DNA of 64,000 bases from NCBI GenBank assembly GCA_964019335.1, contig OZ025681.1, forward strand, positions 372,001 through 436,000, in the 5' to 3' direction. Both the position numbers and the translations under genes were made by a program. Positions 21,139 to 31,854 of this stretch are shown here, piece after piece. The first letter of the stretch is position 1. The number at the start of each line of letters is the position of its first letter. The stretch is from Diplonema japonicum (Eukaryota; Protista; Euglenozoa: Diplonemea). The notes under the pieces were generated by a model, which saw only the letters and a list, made by a program, of their open reading frames with translations, was not told where the DNA came from and ran no database searches.

Positions 21139-22644
21139 TCACCGCAACACAATGCGGAGTATATTTCCGTCTTGATCGCCTGCAAGAACGCAGGAATCCC
21201 TCCCCCCGTCCCCGCGCCCTGCGGCGGCGATGACATACACGTTGGTCGTCAGCCGTATCACCAAGTCAGTTGAGAAGAAGTCGTTCTCGTAGTTGACGAA
21301 GTGAATCTCGGGAGCGGTCGTCGCAGCACAGAAGTAAGATCCAAACGGCGCAGCGAGAAACACCCCAGTGGTCCATTTACTATCCGACGACGGGTACGCG
21401 TCCTGATAAGTAGGCAGCTCGGGGGAAAGGTCCCACAGCCGGATAGTCGAAGGATGCAACGCAAGAAGAAGAGAAGGCCTTGACAACGTAGACCCGAGCA
21501 TGGAAGGCGGTGTCCTTTGCGGTTGATCGGTAAGCTTACGAGATACACTGAGCTCAGAGTCGGAAAGGACGAGAATAGATGGGCAGTGCGTAAAACTGAT
21601 ACAAATACTGTCATTTGCATGTACCATGTTTAGAATTGCACCTTCACCTAGCTCTGGTGTTGCCTTTGTTAAGGTCAGACTGGTGACCTTAAGTTCGCAT
21701 ACGGAGCCGAAGACGTCCCCTACGAGAAGAGAAGTGTCATCTTGCGTGAACAAAAGGCTGGTGACGGTTGTCATGGTAGCTTGTTGGACGAGGGTGCCAA
21801 CAACGCAGTTCCACAGTAGTACCAAACCGTCGCGTCCGGAAGTTGCGATGTACTGACCTGAGTGGGAAATAACGGCGCAGAGAATTGCCTCGGAGTGTTT
21901 TTTCAACTGTTTCAGAATCGTCCCCGATTTGACGTGGCTCATGAACAACACGGAGTCGAACTTGCAGCATGAGAAGAACGTCCTCGGCCCCGACAGTCTT
22001 TGTTCGAATATTAAGCATTTTACTCGTCGTGGGTGGCCTAAGAGCCACTCCGTGTTGTAGGAACGTATTCTGTAGTCTTCTATTACCTTTTCGTCGCCTT
22101 TCTCAGAAGGGTGTTTCCATTGTGTGCCGTTGTCGACGCATAGGTCGTCGAGAGAGCTGATCGATAGGAAGAATGACTCGAACGCTTCCCATTTAACGGT
22201 TTGCTGTCCTTCCGTTGTTTTGAACATTTTCCCGACCGATTCTTCAGAATTCGCCCAGCCCATTTCGTTCCAGAACCTGCTGATCTCCTTCGTTTGAACA
22301 GTCCCTTGACAATCGACATCCAGTACCTCAAATATTCTTCGTAATGTGATGTTAGACAGTAGTGGGTGGTCCATGACGTCCATGTAGTTGCGGACCGACC
22401 GCTTGAATTCAACTAATATGTTCCTTCCCCTCGGTGTCTGTATTTTTCCCATCTGCTTGTTGTTTGGGGACGGGCACGTCAGGTCCTGCTTTGCAACCTC
22501 CAGGGCGTCGATTTCAAAATTGTCAACTGTCTGGCTCATTTGCCGTTCCTTGCTCAACTTGACCATTCGTCTCATGCTTGGTGACCCGGGGTCCAAACAT
22601 AACGTCCCGCTTGTTAGCGGTTCTTTTGAGGCCCCGCAGCCCAT
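21139..22644 (-). CDS. EF-hand + WD40 repeat protein with N-terminal MGCxxS acylation motif
   Basis: Start MGCGASK; EF-hand-like IFEVLDVDCQGTVQTKE; WD40 signatures GHPRRVKCL and HSEAILCAVISHSGQYIATSGRDGLVLLWN. Confidence 0.8.
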   Translation of the reverse strand: MGCGASKEPLTSGTLCLDPGSPSMRRMVKLSKERQMSQTVDNFEIDALEVAKQDLTCPSPNNKQMGKIQTPRGRNILVEFKRSVRNYMDVMDHPLLSNITLRRIFEVLDVDCQGTVQTKEISRFWNEMGWANSEESVGKMFKTTEGQQTVKWEAFESFFLSISSLDDLCVDNGTQWKHPSEKGDEKVIEDYRIRSYNTEWLLGHPRRVKCLIFEQRLSGPRTFFSCCKFDSVLFMSHVKSGTILKQLKKHSEAILCAVISHSGQYIATSGRDGLVLLWNCVVGTLVQQATMTTVTSLLFTQDDTSLLVGDVFGSVCELKVTSLTLTKATPELGEGAILNMVHANDSICISFTHCPSILVLSDSELSVSRKLTDQPQRTPPSMLGSTLSRPSLLLALHPSTIRLWDLSPELPTYQDAYPSSDSKWTTGVFLAAPFGSYFCAATTAPEIHFVNYENDFFSTDLVIRLTTNVYVIAAAGRGDGGRDSCVLAGDQDGNILRIVLR

Positions 22645-22890
22645 TTTCTTCTTTCCCTCCCCCCCTTTTTTTTTAATTCGTATTTTCATTTTATCTTTTA
22701 TTGCGCTGCTTAACAAAGCCCAGTTTGGAGGTTATTGTGCGGGTTGCGGGTGAAAACCCTTTCTGACTAAAGGCAGAAGCACCAAATTTGCAAAAAAAAA
22801 GGGGGGGGTCCCCACTCCCAATTCGAACCGAGCTGCAAAAATACGAAAAAAAAATCGGGTCTTTACATTTCCGACGAAAGAAAAAAAAAA

Positions 22891-23258
22891 CTCAAAGTAC
22901 AGGACAAGCCCCCCGCTAGAGGGCCGCCCTATGGGAGGGGGGTCTATCTGTTAATACTCCCCTTCTGGAGCATTGCTTTCATCCCGATTGAGGCCGTGAG
23001 CGTCTTGCGGAGTCGTGTGATGCGGTCCCGCTTGTAGTCGGCTTTCAATTCCATTAGCTTGTCGTGCGTGGAGCGGGTGGCGAAAATAGGCCTCCTGGAG
23101 AAACCAATCGCTGCCTTTCCTCCAATGGCGATGAGGGACTTCACTCTTTTTCTCTCGTCCGCTGGGAAGGGGCGTCGCTTCTTCCGTGCCCTGCATGCTG
23201 TGTTTATCTTTACGATGAGAGCTTTGATTCTGCGCGCCCTGTCTTCCAGCAGGCCTCC
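22891..23258 (-). mobile_element. Short retroelement 3' relic
   Basis: RRPFPADERKRVKSLIAIGGKAAIGFSRRPIFAT matches the family; end motif CTCAAAGTACAGGACAA is shared with 1454 and 55371. Confidence 0.62.
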
Positions 23259-23356
23259 CAAAAAAAAAAAGAAGAAACTATAAAAAAGAAGAACAAAAAA
23301 AAAAAGAAGAAAAATAAAACCCCCTCTCGCTCTCCCCCCCACTTTCCATATTTCTG

Positions 23357-24202
23357 TTAGCTTATAGTACAAATTAGATTGTTTGTAATTTTTATGACCG
23401 ATTCGCCGGATGGCTTCACGAGCTTTTTCTCATGCGGTGGGTGGGAAGCAAGAGCAGCATCATCTACAGGGGCAACGGGGTGCTGTTGGCATTGCTCAGA
23501 AGAGGTGCTAGAAGTGGAAGAATCCTGCTGTTTGATGCTTTTCTTGATGTTATCCGCGCGTGCCCCAAGGCTCTTCAGAACTTGGGTGCTAGACGCCGTT
23601 CCTTCTGTCTTTACCTCCTTAGCACCGCCTTCCTGCTCTGCAAATGATGTGAGCGTGCTCGCCTGCTGTTTGATAAGGTCCAACATCTCAGTAAGCTTGA
23701 CTTCCTGCTGAAGCAAAATGTGTTCTTGTTCTTTTTCGATATGTTTCCTGTCTTCAAGCGCCAGTGTCATCTTGTCCACCTCTGACTTCCCTTCATCGAG
23801 TTCTACTGTTTTTTTCTCGACCAATTCGAGCAAGTAATTTACCTTTTTTTTTTTTTTTTTTTTGTTTTCTCCCGGTACCTGGTCTACTTTCTTCTTCAAC
23901 ACGGTCTCGGATTGCTCCAGTTGCTGTCCGACTATCGTTTTCTTTGCGGTATCAAGGTCTCGTTCGTAGTTTGCTACATCCTTTTTTTTTTTTTTTTTTT
24001 TTGGAAAAACTTTTTAGGGACATACGTCGCGGGCGGCCTTCACTTCGGCTTCACGGTAGACTAGCTCTTTCTTAAGGCATCCCAATTCTGATTCTCGGTC
24101 TTCTAGCTTTTGCTGCATGTCCGTGATGTGACCGGTCATCAACTGGCACCCATCGACACCCCTCTGCTCCAGCTGTGCCATCAGCTCCGGGCCGCTTTGC
24201 AT
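23357..24202 (-). CDS. Coiled-coil protein of unknown function, at least 3 exons (24026-24202, 23879-23980, 23357-23842)
   Basis: Removing GT-AG introns 23981-24025 (45 nt, contains an in-frame TAA) and 23843-23878 (36 nt) joins two ORFs into one E/K/Q/L-rich frame. The 3' end is uncertain. Confidence 0.7.
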
Positions 24203-24627
24203 GGTGTGCTGCGACCCTGCTCCTTTTAGGGGATTTTTGTTTTGTTTATTTTGTGTTTTTTTTTTTCTTTTTTTGGTGAATAAAGATAAAGAAAACGGGG
24301 AATACATCACCTGTCAGTCGCCTGACTATAACAAACAAGAATATCTTCGCCTCGCCTTCTTTTTTTTTTTTTTTTTTCTTTTTTTTTTTTCCTTCCTTTT
24401 TTTTTTTGGTCTTTTGTCATCATCAGGCGAGAGACACCCTTCAATGGCTCCTACTAGCGTTCCAGCAGGTTGGAGAGTACTTTTCCCCAGACCAGAATTA
24501 AAATGACGAAAGGGCAGGAGAGGAGGGAAACGAAACTTTTTTTTATAAGCCACGCACGGAATGGAAAGAAAAAGGAAAACAAACAATGAAGAAGAATGAT
24601 TCTGATCAAAGAAGGGAAAAAAAAGGA

Positions 24628-24666
<39 letters not shown>

Positions 24667-25014
24667 AAAAGAAAACACTGTTTTACCGAAAGGCCTAGGG
24701 CACTAACTCGGCTGGCTTTTTTTTCTTTTTTCTTTCTCCCTCTTCTTTCTTGAAGACAAGAACCATTTCTTTTTCAAAAATTAAAAAAAAGAAAAAGGAA
24801 AACAAGACTCCCTCCCCCCCTCTCCAGCAGCAGTCTTTTTCAGAATGGGTTTACAGTAAAATAACCACGACAGCAGCCTGTACCCAATTTCGACCCTTCG
24901 TGAATCGATTTTAGAAAAAGAAAAGATAAAAAAAAAGTCTTTGTTTACCTTTTTGCTAACGTTGCATAAAAGATTTTTTTTTCCCCCCCCAAAAAAAAAA
25001 TAAAATTCCTTTCC

Positions 25015-26559
25015 CTAGGAAACGCAAATCTTGCTGATGGCGATGCGGGCCTGCTCAAACTGAACAGGATCGTCAGTGTGATCCGTGGGCGAGCGTACAA
25101 TCTTGTTGATGATGGACATGGTCTGAACCTTGTCCTTGGCCAACGCAAGCTTCAAGAGAACCACATCTTCCACAGCATCACGCTGCAGCAGAAGCCTAGC
25201 CGAAGGAACCGCCATACCGCCCACACCCGGGTACAGAAACTGCCCATCCCCATTCGCGAAAATATCAGTCCTCGGAGCCCAGATATAATTGGCAGGCGGG
25301 AAATCAGTCATGGGGCTGCCATTAATCCTCTTGATCGGGGTGTGCTTCGTACCGGGGTACGCGTTCCAAATATCGGTGGCGTAGTACAGCCAACCGTCGA
25401 CCTCATGCATGGCACCGTACCAGTAAAGCTGCCTGCCTTGTGTACGGTTGTGCTCGATGAACGTGTTGAGGTAATCCGCGCCAGACGGCTCGATACAGTG
25501 GTAAAGGAAGATCTGATGCCCGGCAGCCTGCCATGCTGTGGCCTGATTCAGCGTGTAGTACTGGTATTGAAGAACCCAAATATCAACGGGAAGATCAATG
25601 GGCATGTTTTTCCAGTTCAAAGCAGCGACGGTGCTGACCTTATCGCCCCATCGTGCCTTCACAGCACCGTACAATGCTCGAATGTTCGGCTCGCATGAGA
25701 TAGGCTGCTCGTCAAACCCGTACACGTAAGGTTTTGTGGTCCCGCCGAAAGCGAGGATTTTGTCAATAGTAGGTGCGATGGAGTTGATGGTGGCGTTGAT
25801 CCATTCGGGTGTGTAAGGGTTGGGGCATCCCGTGGGTGCCTGTCCGATCGCAGCGATGTTCAGTAGGTAGGCGCCGGTATTAATGAGATACTCATAGACG
25901 GTAAAATTGCTGTACGGAGCGGTCTTGTACAAAGAGTCCGGGGGAAGAAGCTGGTCGGTCATTAAATCGTAGAAATTCCGCGCGACGGTCTCGTTGTACG
26001 CTGGGCCGTACAACTGTTCAACTTTGGTTACGTCAAACGACCATATTTCGCCGAAGCTCTGGTGGACCTCGACGTTTGACGGAAGCGCCGCCATCCAAGG
26101 AACAACTGAAATGGGAATTTGAACATCTCCCACTGTTAGAACACCACCAACAGCGGGGTCGGTGATTCTAACGGACAACCATAATACAACAGGTTGGGAT
26201 TCGGTTATTTGAATGCCTTCTGCCGGGATTTCTAGTAAAGGGTCGCTTCTCCACCCTCCACCGCTGCCAGGGTATCTTGTAGTTGCCGTGCAGTTGACGT
26301 ACCCGACCTGGTACAGTTTGCTTGATGCTTCAACTGCCAGTGATACCGATGGTTTGAGCATTGTGGTGGTGGTGCTCATTACCATGATTTGGATATTCTC
26401 CCGTTCGCCTACCAAGCCTTCGAAGGCGATCTTGTCGGTTGACACTGCCTGGTGAGTCTCGCAGGTATCCTTCAGAAACAAACTTTGCGTGGCGGGGAGC
26501 ACGCACACATTCGCGCCCACCATACCTGCTAGCCCTAACAGTACATATAGTTGTTTCAT
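25015..26559 (-). CDS. Secreted glycoside hydrolase, GH123/DUF4091-like
   Basis: Signal peptide; YVYGFDEQP; C-terminal NGDGQFLYPG...PSARLLLQRDAVED typical of DUF4091. Confidence 0.75.
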   Translation of the reverse strand: MKQLYVLLGLAGMVGANVCVLPATQSLFLKDTCETHQAVSTDKIAFEGLVGERENIQIMVMSTTTTMLKPSVSLAVEASSKLYQVGYVNCTATTRYPGSGGGWRSDPLLEIPAEGIQITESQPVVLWLSVRITDPAVGGVLTVGDVQIPISVVPWMAALPSNVEVHQSFGEIWSFDVTKVEQLYGPAYNETVARNFYDLMTDQLLPPDSLYKTAPYSNFTVYEYLINTGAYLLNIAAIGQAPTGCPNPYTPEWINATINSIAPTIDKILAFGGTTKPYVYGFDEQPISCEPNIRALYGAVKARWGDKVSTVAALNWKNMPIDLPVDIWVLQYQYYTLNQATAWQAAGHQIFLYHCIEPSGADYLNTFIEHNRTQGRQLYWYGAMHEVDGWLYYATDIWNAYPGTKHTPIKRINGSPMTDFPPANYIWAPRTDIFANGDGQFLYPGVGGMAVPSARLLLQRDAVEDVVLLKLALAKDKVQTMSIINKIVRSPTDHTDDPVQFEQARIAISKICVS

Positions 26560-26741
26560 TTCTTTTTTTTTCTTCTTATTATGATATATACCTTTTTCTT
26601 TTTTAAAATAAAAAGAACGGGAAAAAGAAAATGGGGGAAAAGAGGTTCGGGGTGGGTTTTTTTTTTTTTTCTCCTATTGTGATGTCTCCGAAATTTTGTT
26701 TTTTTTTTTTTTAAATTTATGGTTAAATTTGTGGTTTTTCC

Positions 26742-26772
<31 letters not shown>

Positions 26773-27290
26773 TTCCCTGTTAAAGATTGATTCTCTTTTC
26801 CTCTTTTTTGGTTTTTCTTTTTTTTCTTTCCCCTCTCTCTTTTCTTTGTTTCCTTTCTCAAACGCCATCGTTTTAAAAAGAAAATTCAGACTGCTGAGAA
26901 AAGATTTAAAATATCACCTTTGTAAAAGGCGGAAAAAGTAAAAACTAGACATTTATGGTCGCGTTTTCGCGCTCACCAGCTAGTCCTCCGGTTTCCCGCC
27001 AAAAAAAGGGGGGAGGAGGGTCGAGCTGGGAGATCTAAAGAAGAACGAGAATCAGCAGGGGGGGGGGGGAAAAAAAGAAGAAGAAAAAAAAAAAGAAAAA
27101 AGCGAAAAAAGAAAAATCTCCCGAGTTTTAACAAAACGAGAGAAACGAATACGGAAGTTTATCGAAAAACAGGAACACAAAAAAAAAAAAAAAAGAGGGA
27201 GAGGGGAGGGGGGGGGTAACGTTGAAAAAAAAATGCTTATAAAAAAAAAAACACACACGAAACCCGTAAAAGAAAAAAAAAAAACGATGC

Positions 27291-28910
27291 CTAACGCAGA
27301 GGAGCACCGCTCACAATTCCAGGGGCAGCAGCGCCACCCTGGTTGGCCGACAGGAGGGTGCACGACTTGTCAGCACCGAAAACGAAAACCGAGCAAAGGG
27401 GAGTGGTCCTAGCAATGCTGCAGCAGTTCTGGAGATTGGTGTTCTTGGTCACACCGAGAGTAATGCTGGGAACAATCTTGTACGCAAAGTTCTCATTGAA
27501 GCTGCAACCCGTGGGTGCAGGCGTCCTCGAACAGTTGTACAGCCCCACCCTTGCAAGCACAGGGGTGGCAGCGGACTGGGTAACGTTGAGCACGAAGGTG
27601 TTTCCGGTAGTCCGTGCGCTGAGGAAGTGAATACGCTTGTGCCCCACACTGATCCCGTTCCCCGAGGATTTCCCGTCAACCGATGTTTCAAAGGCACGGA
27701 TGGCCTGCCCGTTGGTCTGGTCCTCCATGATGACAACCCTGTCCACCTCCGCACCGCTGGGGATCTTCAGTGTCACAGTGCTGCCCACCGGCTGCACCAC
27801 CTCCACAACAGGTGTGCTGTAGCACGCACGCAGCCAGTCGCCGAACTCCTGGTACCTCTGAACGTGGTCCGGACGGAGGACTCCTTCTTGTGTGGGTGTC
27901 CAGTCAAGCAGCAAGTTCGCGTTGGAGCCCACGCTGTCGTGGTAGATGGACACAAGCTCCTCAAGCGACTTCGGGACGTCGCCAGCGTTGTAGAACCAGC
28001 ACCCGCCGTACGGTGCACGCTCACCGTGCTTGGCGCCGCTCTTTGGGGTCTGGAAGCATGTGTCGGCCTCACCGGGAACGAACTCTGCTCCTGTCGGGCT
28101 GCCTGCACCTGCGTCGAGACTGTTGGCAGACATGGACCAGAAGGGGTACGGCATGTGCCCGCTCTCAGTGCCACCCCATCTCACGAGGTTCTTGTTGGGG
28201 GGCGGTCCTTGGAAGGCAACGGCCCTTGGCTGCAGCTCGGCAAGGAGGTTGGTGATGAGCTCCTCCGTGCCCGCCGGGTAGCCGCCGTCGAACCACACCT
28301 CTGCAAGCTCCCCGTAGTCGGTCCACAGCTGGCGGAGGTTGGTGAGGAGGATCTTGGTGTACTGGTCCTGCGTGATGACGGCCTGCCCGGGGTAGTGGTT
28401 GGACTGCACGACACCCTTCACCACGTTCAGGAAGGCGTTGTTCATGGCACCGTGGTAGAAGCCGGGGCGGATGTCGTACTTCTTGCACATTGCGACGAAC
28501 TCTGCAGCGATGTCGCCCTTCCCGTCTTTCCAGGGCGACGCCTTTACAGAGTAGTTCCACACGAAGCCGTTGTACTCAGGGAATGCAGTGTTCGAGGGGA
28601 AGGTGTTGAAGCCACACCCGTGCGACACAACAAGCACAGCGTGCTTCGAGCCGTATGAGCTCAACGCCTGGATCCACTGCTCCACTGTTACGTTCGTGGG
28701 AGCAAAGGTCGAAGGGGGAGGAAGCATGCTGTAGGGGCCTGTGGTGTTGGCGTTGCCCTCAAGCATAATGTCACCGATTCCACAACCCTCGAAGGTCCCC
28801 ATGTTGAAGTGTCCAATGTTAGTCAGTTCGTCAGCAGTCCACTGCAGCTGGTCGGCAGTTGGTTTGGGCAGCTGGCACAGTGCCAGTGCGGTGATCGCGA
28901 CTGTGAGCAT
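27291..28910 (-). CDS. GH29 alpha-L-fucosidase-like protein with C-terminal beta-sandwich and PAN/apple-like module
   Basis: Start MLTVAIT (signal peptide); PTADQLQW, HFNMGTF, SPWKDGKGDI, YGELAEVWFDGG, IYHDSVGSNANLLL and GHKRI motifs. Confidence 0.88.
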   Translation of the reverse strand: MLTVAITALALCQLPKPTADQLQWTADELTNIGHFNMGTFEGCGIGDIMLEGNANTTGPYSMLPPPSTFAPTNVTVEQWIQALSSYGSKHAVLVVSHGCGFNTFPSNTAFPEYNGFVWNYSVKASPWKDGKGDIAAEFVAMCKKYDIRPGFYHGAMNNAFLNVVKGVVQSNHYPGQAVITQDQYTKILLTNLRQLWTDYGELAEVWFDGGYPAGTEELITNLLAELQPRAVAFQGPPPNKNLVRWGGTESGHMPYPFWSMSANSLDAGAGSPTGAEFVPGEADTCFQTPKSGAKHGERAPYGGCWFYNAGDVPKSLEELVSIYHDSVGSNANLLLDWTPTQEGVLRPDHVQRYQEFGDWLRACYSTPVVEVVQPVGSTVTLKIPSGAEVDRVVIMEDQTNGQAIRAFETSVDGKSSGNGISVGHKRIHFLSARTTGNTFVLNVTQSAATPVLARVGLYNCSRTPAPTGCSFNENFAYKIVPSITLGVTKNTNLQNCCSIARTTPLCSVFVFGADKSCTLLSANQGGAAAPGIVSGAPLR

Positions 28911-28929
28911 GGTTTTTTTTGTTTCCCCT

Positions 28930-28964
<35 letters not shown>

Positions 28965-29015
28965 AGTGAACTTGTTGAACCGGGGGAAAAAAAAAGAAGT
29001 AAGAAACGAGAAAAG

Positions 29016-29047
<32 letters not shown>

Positions 29048-29962
29048 AACGGGGAAATAGAAAACGGGGAAGCAAGCCGATGGTAGAAGGGGAGGTGGAA
29101 AAACAAAATACTGTAGAGACGAATACCCAACCGGCATTTTCTGTAAGGACATGATTGGTGCCCGGGGTCTTGAGCCTCATGAACCCATCCCGCTGATCGT
29201 TGATGACCTTAACTGCTATACAACGGATCCCTTCTTGGAGATAGTGTTCTCCCGGTAAGCCCCTCAGCTAAAAATATTCCGGAGGGGGGAAAAAAAACCC
29301 GGATATTCTTCTCTTCCAGATTCTTTCGTTTTTAAATTTCTCGCAACAGGTTTCAACACATACAAACAAAAAAGCGCCAGAACTGTCTTTTTCCATATTT
29401 CTTTCTTTTTTTTTTGTAGAAAAATAAGAAAATTAAGACATTCTGCTAAAAACTAAAAGCAGCCCCAGCTTACAAGCTACTTGAGTGCTTTCTTTTCACC
29501 ATTTTTCCCTTTTTTTTTTTTCCTTTTCTCTTTTTTTTTTTATGCTCGGTTGTGCAAAGTTGTTTAAAACTAGTAGAGTGAAGCAGTTGAAATGAAAATG
29601 AAGAGCGAAGTAAAGAAAAAGAAAGAGAAAGAAAAGGAAAGGAAAAAGAAAAGAAAAAGAAAAAGAAAAAGGTGATTAAAAAGGTTTAAAGAAAAAAAAG
29701 AAAAAAAAAGAAAGAATCACTCAACATGGGCTGGCGTCCGCCCTTATATTTGGCTTCACCCGACGTCGGGGGGGTGCCAGTAATGTATCAACAACAAGAA
29801 TATAAAAAAAAAGAAAAAAAAAAGATCGGAAAAAAAAAAAAGAAATTTCCAAAGCATCCATTCCACTATAAAAAAAAAAGATTTTCTTCGATTTTTCCCC
29901 CCCCTTTTTCTTTCTGTTCTTTTTTTGATGATGAGAGGGGGGGGGGTGGAAAAAAATGAGAT

Positions 29963-29998
<36 letters not shown>

Positions 29999-30084
29999 AA
30001 AAAAAAGAGACATTTAAGGGTACCTGCGGTATGTGGCAGGACGCCTGACAAAAAAAAAAAAAAAAACCAGACATCCCCCTCTTC

Positions 30085-31854
30085 CTACTCCGTTTTGTGG
30101 TAGTATTTCATCTCAATTGTGTTAGAAATCTCATCAGGGTTGGCGCCTTCCAAAGGAGGGGCGCTCCACACCGCTCCGGTCTTCCTTACTTCCCAGAACC
30201 CGATAAAGATGGTCATGACAGCAGAGTAAATCAGTTTCATGAAAATGAGCACGATGATGAAACCCTCTATGAGCCCGACAACGAACCACGTCCAGTTGAA
30301 GTTCGAGATGAGGAAGCAGAGTCCTCCGCAGCTCAGCGCACCAAGTACGGCGAAACACAGGAAAATCCTGTCGATCAGTGCGTCGTTGATGATGGCGTCC
30401 CACCCTGTCCCGTTCTTAATAAGCTTCCAGGTATCCTTGGCAGCCCCAACATACGACTTCCCAAACATGGCCACTTGAACATACGCGTAGTCATTGAAGT
30501 ATTGAAGAAGGTTGGTAATACAATCAATGATACATAACACCATACACCTCAGGATAGGGTGCGCGTCCTCAGTTACCATGTCGCACAGCATTCTGATCGT
30601 CTGCAAGATTGCGACGATGAACGACCCGAAACAAATTGGTCCCAAAGACCATGTGGTTGCCCTTTTGAACGCATCTGGTGTTGGGTTCGCAGGACGCTCA
30701 ATGAAGTAAGGAGGTGTTGCAGGGCCTCCCAACGAGAAGAACCAATCAGCAGTCACACCCGCTGTTGTGACGTGACCGATATTCTTGAACACTTCCACGC
30801 CCCAGTAGAATACCACAACGGACAATATAAATAGCCCACCGATAACTATCGGTTCGTCCTTGCTTCCCACGCTTGCCGACCAGCACACGATGAAGAAGAT
30901 CTGTGCGAATAACATCCCGAAGGCCACCGCGAGGAGACCGTTGTATTTCCAGACGACAGTGGCAGCGCATTTCAAGCACTCTGCTGCGAAAGGAATCCTG
31001 TCCCTCGCGAGGTACAAGAACAACGCCAGAACCGCCGCGATAAGCCCGCAGATGACCCCAGGGAAGATTGCTTTCATGGCAATCAGCACGATGCAAAAGA
31101 TAACGTACAGCGCGATGGCTCCGATGTTGCAACCCCAGATGGTCTGCACGGGCACAGTCATGCACAGGTACACAGCACCAACAGAGAATAAAAACGAGTA
31201 CGCAGCCCCGACAAAAACGAATTTTATCCCGTCGGCTGCAAAGTCCCACGACCTCTTGCATGTTGTTGACTCTAGTGTTACTGCTGAGTACGAGCTCCAC
31301 AAGTTCCCAGCCTTGTAGCACATGGGAAGGGTGTCGGACGTTGGGATTTTTAAGGTCCCGCTGTTGTCTTTTAGCGATTTAAAGCTGGTGATAGCGTCCG
31401 TGCATGCGTCCTTTGTGCTGAATGAGGTAGAAATGTAGAGGTTATCATCGTCACATGAAACGGCCTGCCACTTGGGGCCCTGTTGCCTGCAGTCACCGTC
31501 AGAGTCTGTGTCAATGGCTATGATGTCGGCAAGGTTCTTGTCGCAGTTGCTTTCCACCCTGTTCACCCATTTGGTGGTGCCCTTTGGTACCAAGTATACA
31601 TCGCCCGTCGCTAGTTTGAAGCATCCCATTCCTGCTACGAGCATGGTGCACATGATCCACAGCAGTGCGCACCATGCGTCCCTGTAGTTCCCCACGTCCG
31701 CCCACTTCCCGCACGGGTTGGGGTACGCATCCACTGCTGACCCTCCGGTGCTGGCCTGCATGATGTTCTGACCGTCATCGACGACCATCCCTTCCGCTGG
31801 AATCCCTTCCGCTGGAGGGGAGCTGTTCACTGTGTTGTACTCGCCATTACCCAT
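30085..31854 (-). CDS. Choline transporter-like (CTL/SLC44/PNS1 family) membrane protein
   Basis: Multiple TM segments; HVTTAGVTADWFF, RATTWSLGPICFGSFIVA and YFNDYAYVQVAMFGKSYVGAAKDTW motifs. Confidence 0.88.
   Translation of the reverse strand: MGNGEYNTVNSSPPAEGIPAEGMVVDDGQNIMQASTGGSAVDAYPNPCGKWADVGNYRDAWCALLWIMCTMLVAGMGCFKLATGDVYLVPKGTTKWVNRVESNCDKNLADIIAIDTDSDGDCRQQGPKWQAVSCDDDNLYISTSFSTKDACTDAITSFKSLKDNSGTLKIPTSDTLPMCYKAGNLWSSYSAVTLESTTCKRSWDFAADGIKFVFVGAAYSFLFSVGAVYLCMTVPVQTIWGCNIGAIALYVIFCIVLIAMKAIFPGVICGLIAAVLALFLYLARDRIPFAAECLKCAATVVWKYNGLLAVAFGMLFAQIFFIVCWSASVGSKDEPIVIGGLFILSVVVFYWGVEVFKNIGHVTTAGVTADWFFSLGGPATPPYFIERPANPTPDAFKRATTWSLGPICFGSFIVAILQTIRMLCDMVTEDAHPILRCMVLCIIDCITNLLQYFNDYAYVQVAMFGKSYVGAAKDTWKLIKNGTGWDAIINDALIDRIFLCFAVLGALSCGGLCFLISNFNWTWFVVGLIEGFIIVLIFMKLIYSAVMTIFIGFWEVRKTGAVWSAPPLEGANPDEISNTIEMKYYHKTE

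Noticed and set aside
22891-22906. CTGTACTTT similarity to the 3' part of euglenozoan spliced leaders
   Set aside because: Only about 9 nt match, at an element 3' end, with no other SL features.
23354-23398. Possible extra A-rich intron (GTCATA...CTAACAG) at the end of the coiled-coil gene
   Set aside because: Atypical donor and no convincing downstream exon; it cannot be supported without transcripts.
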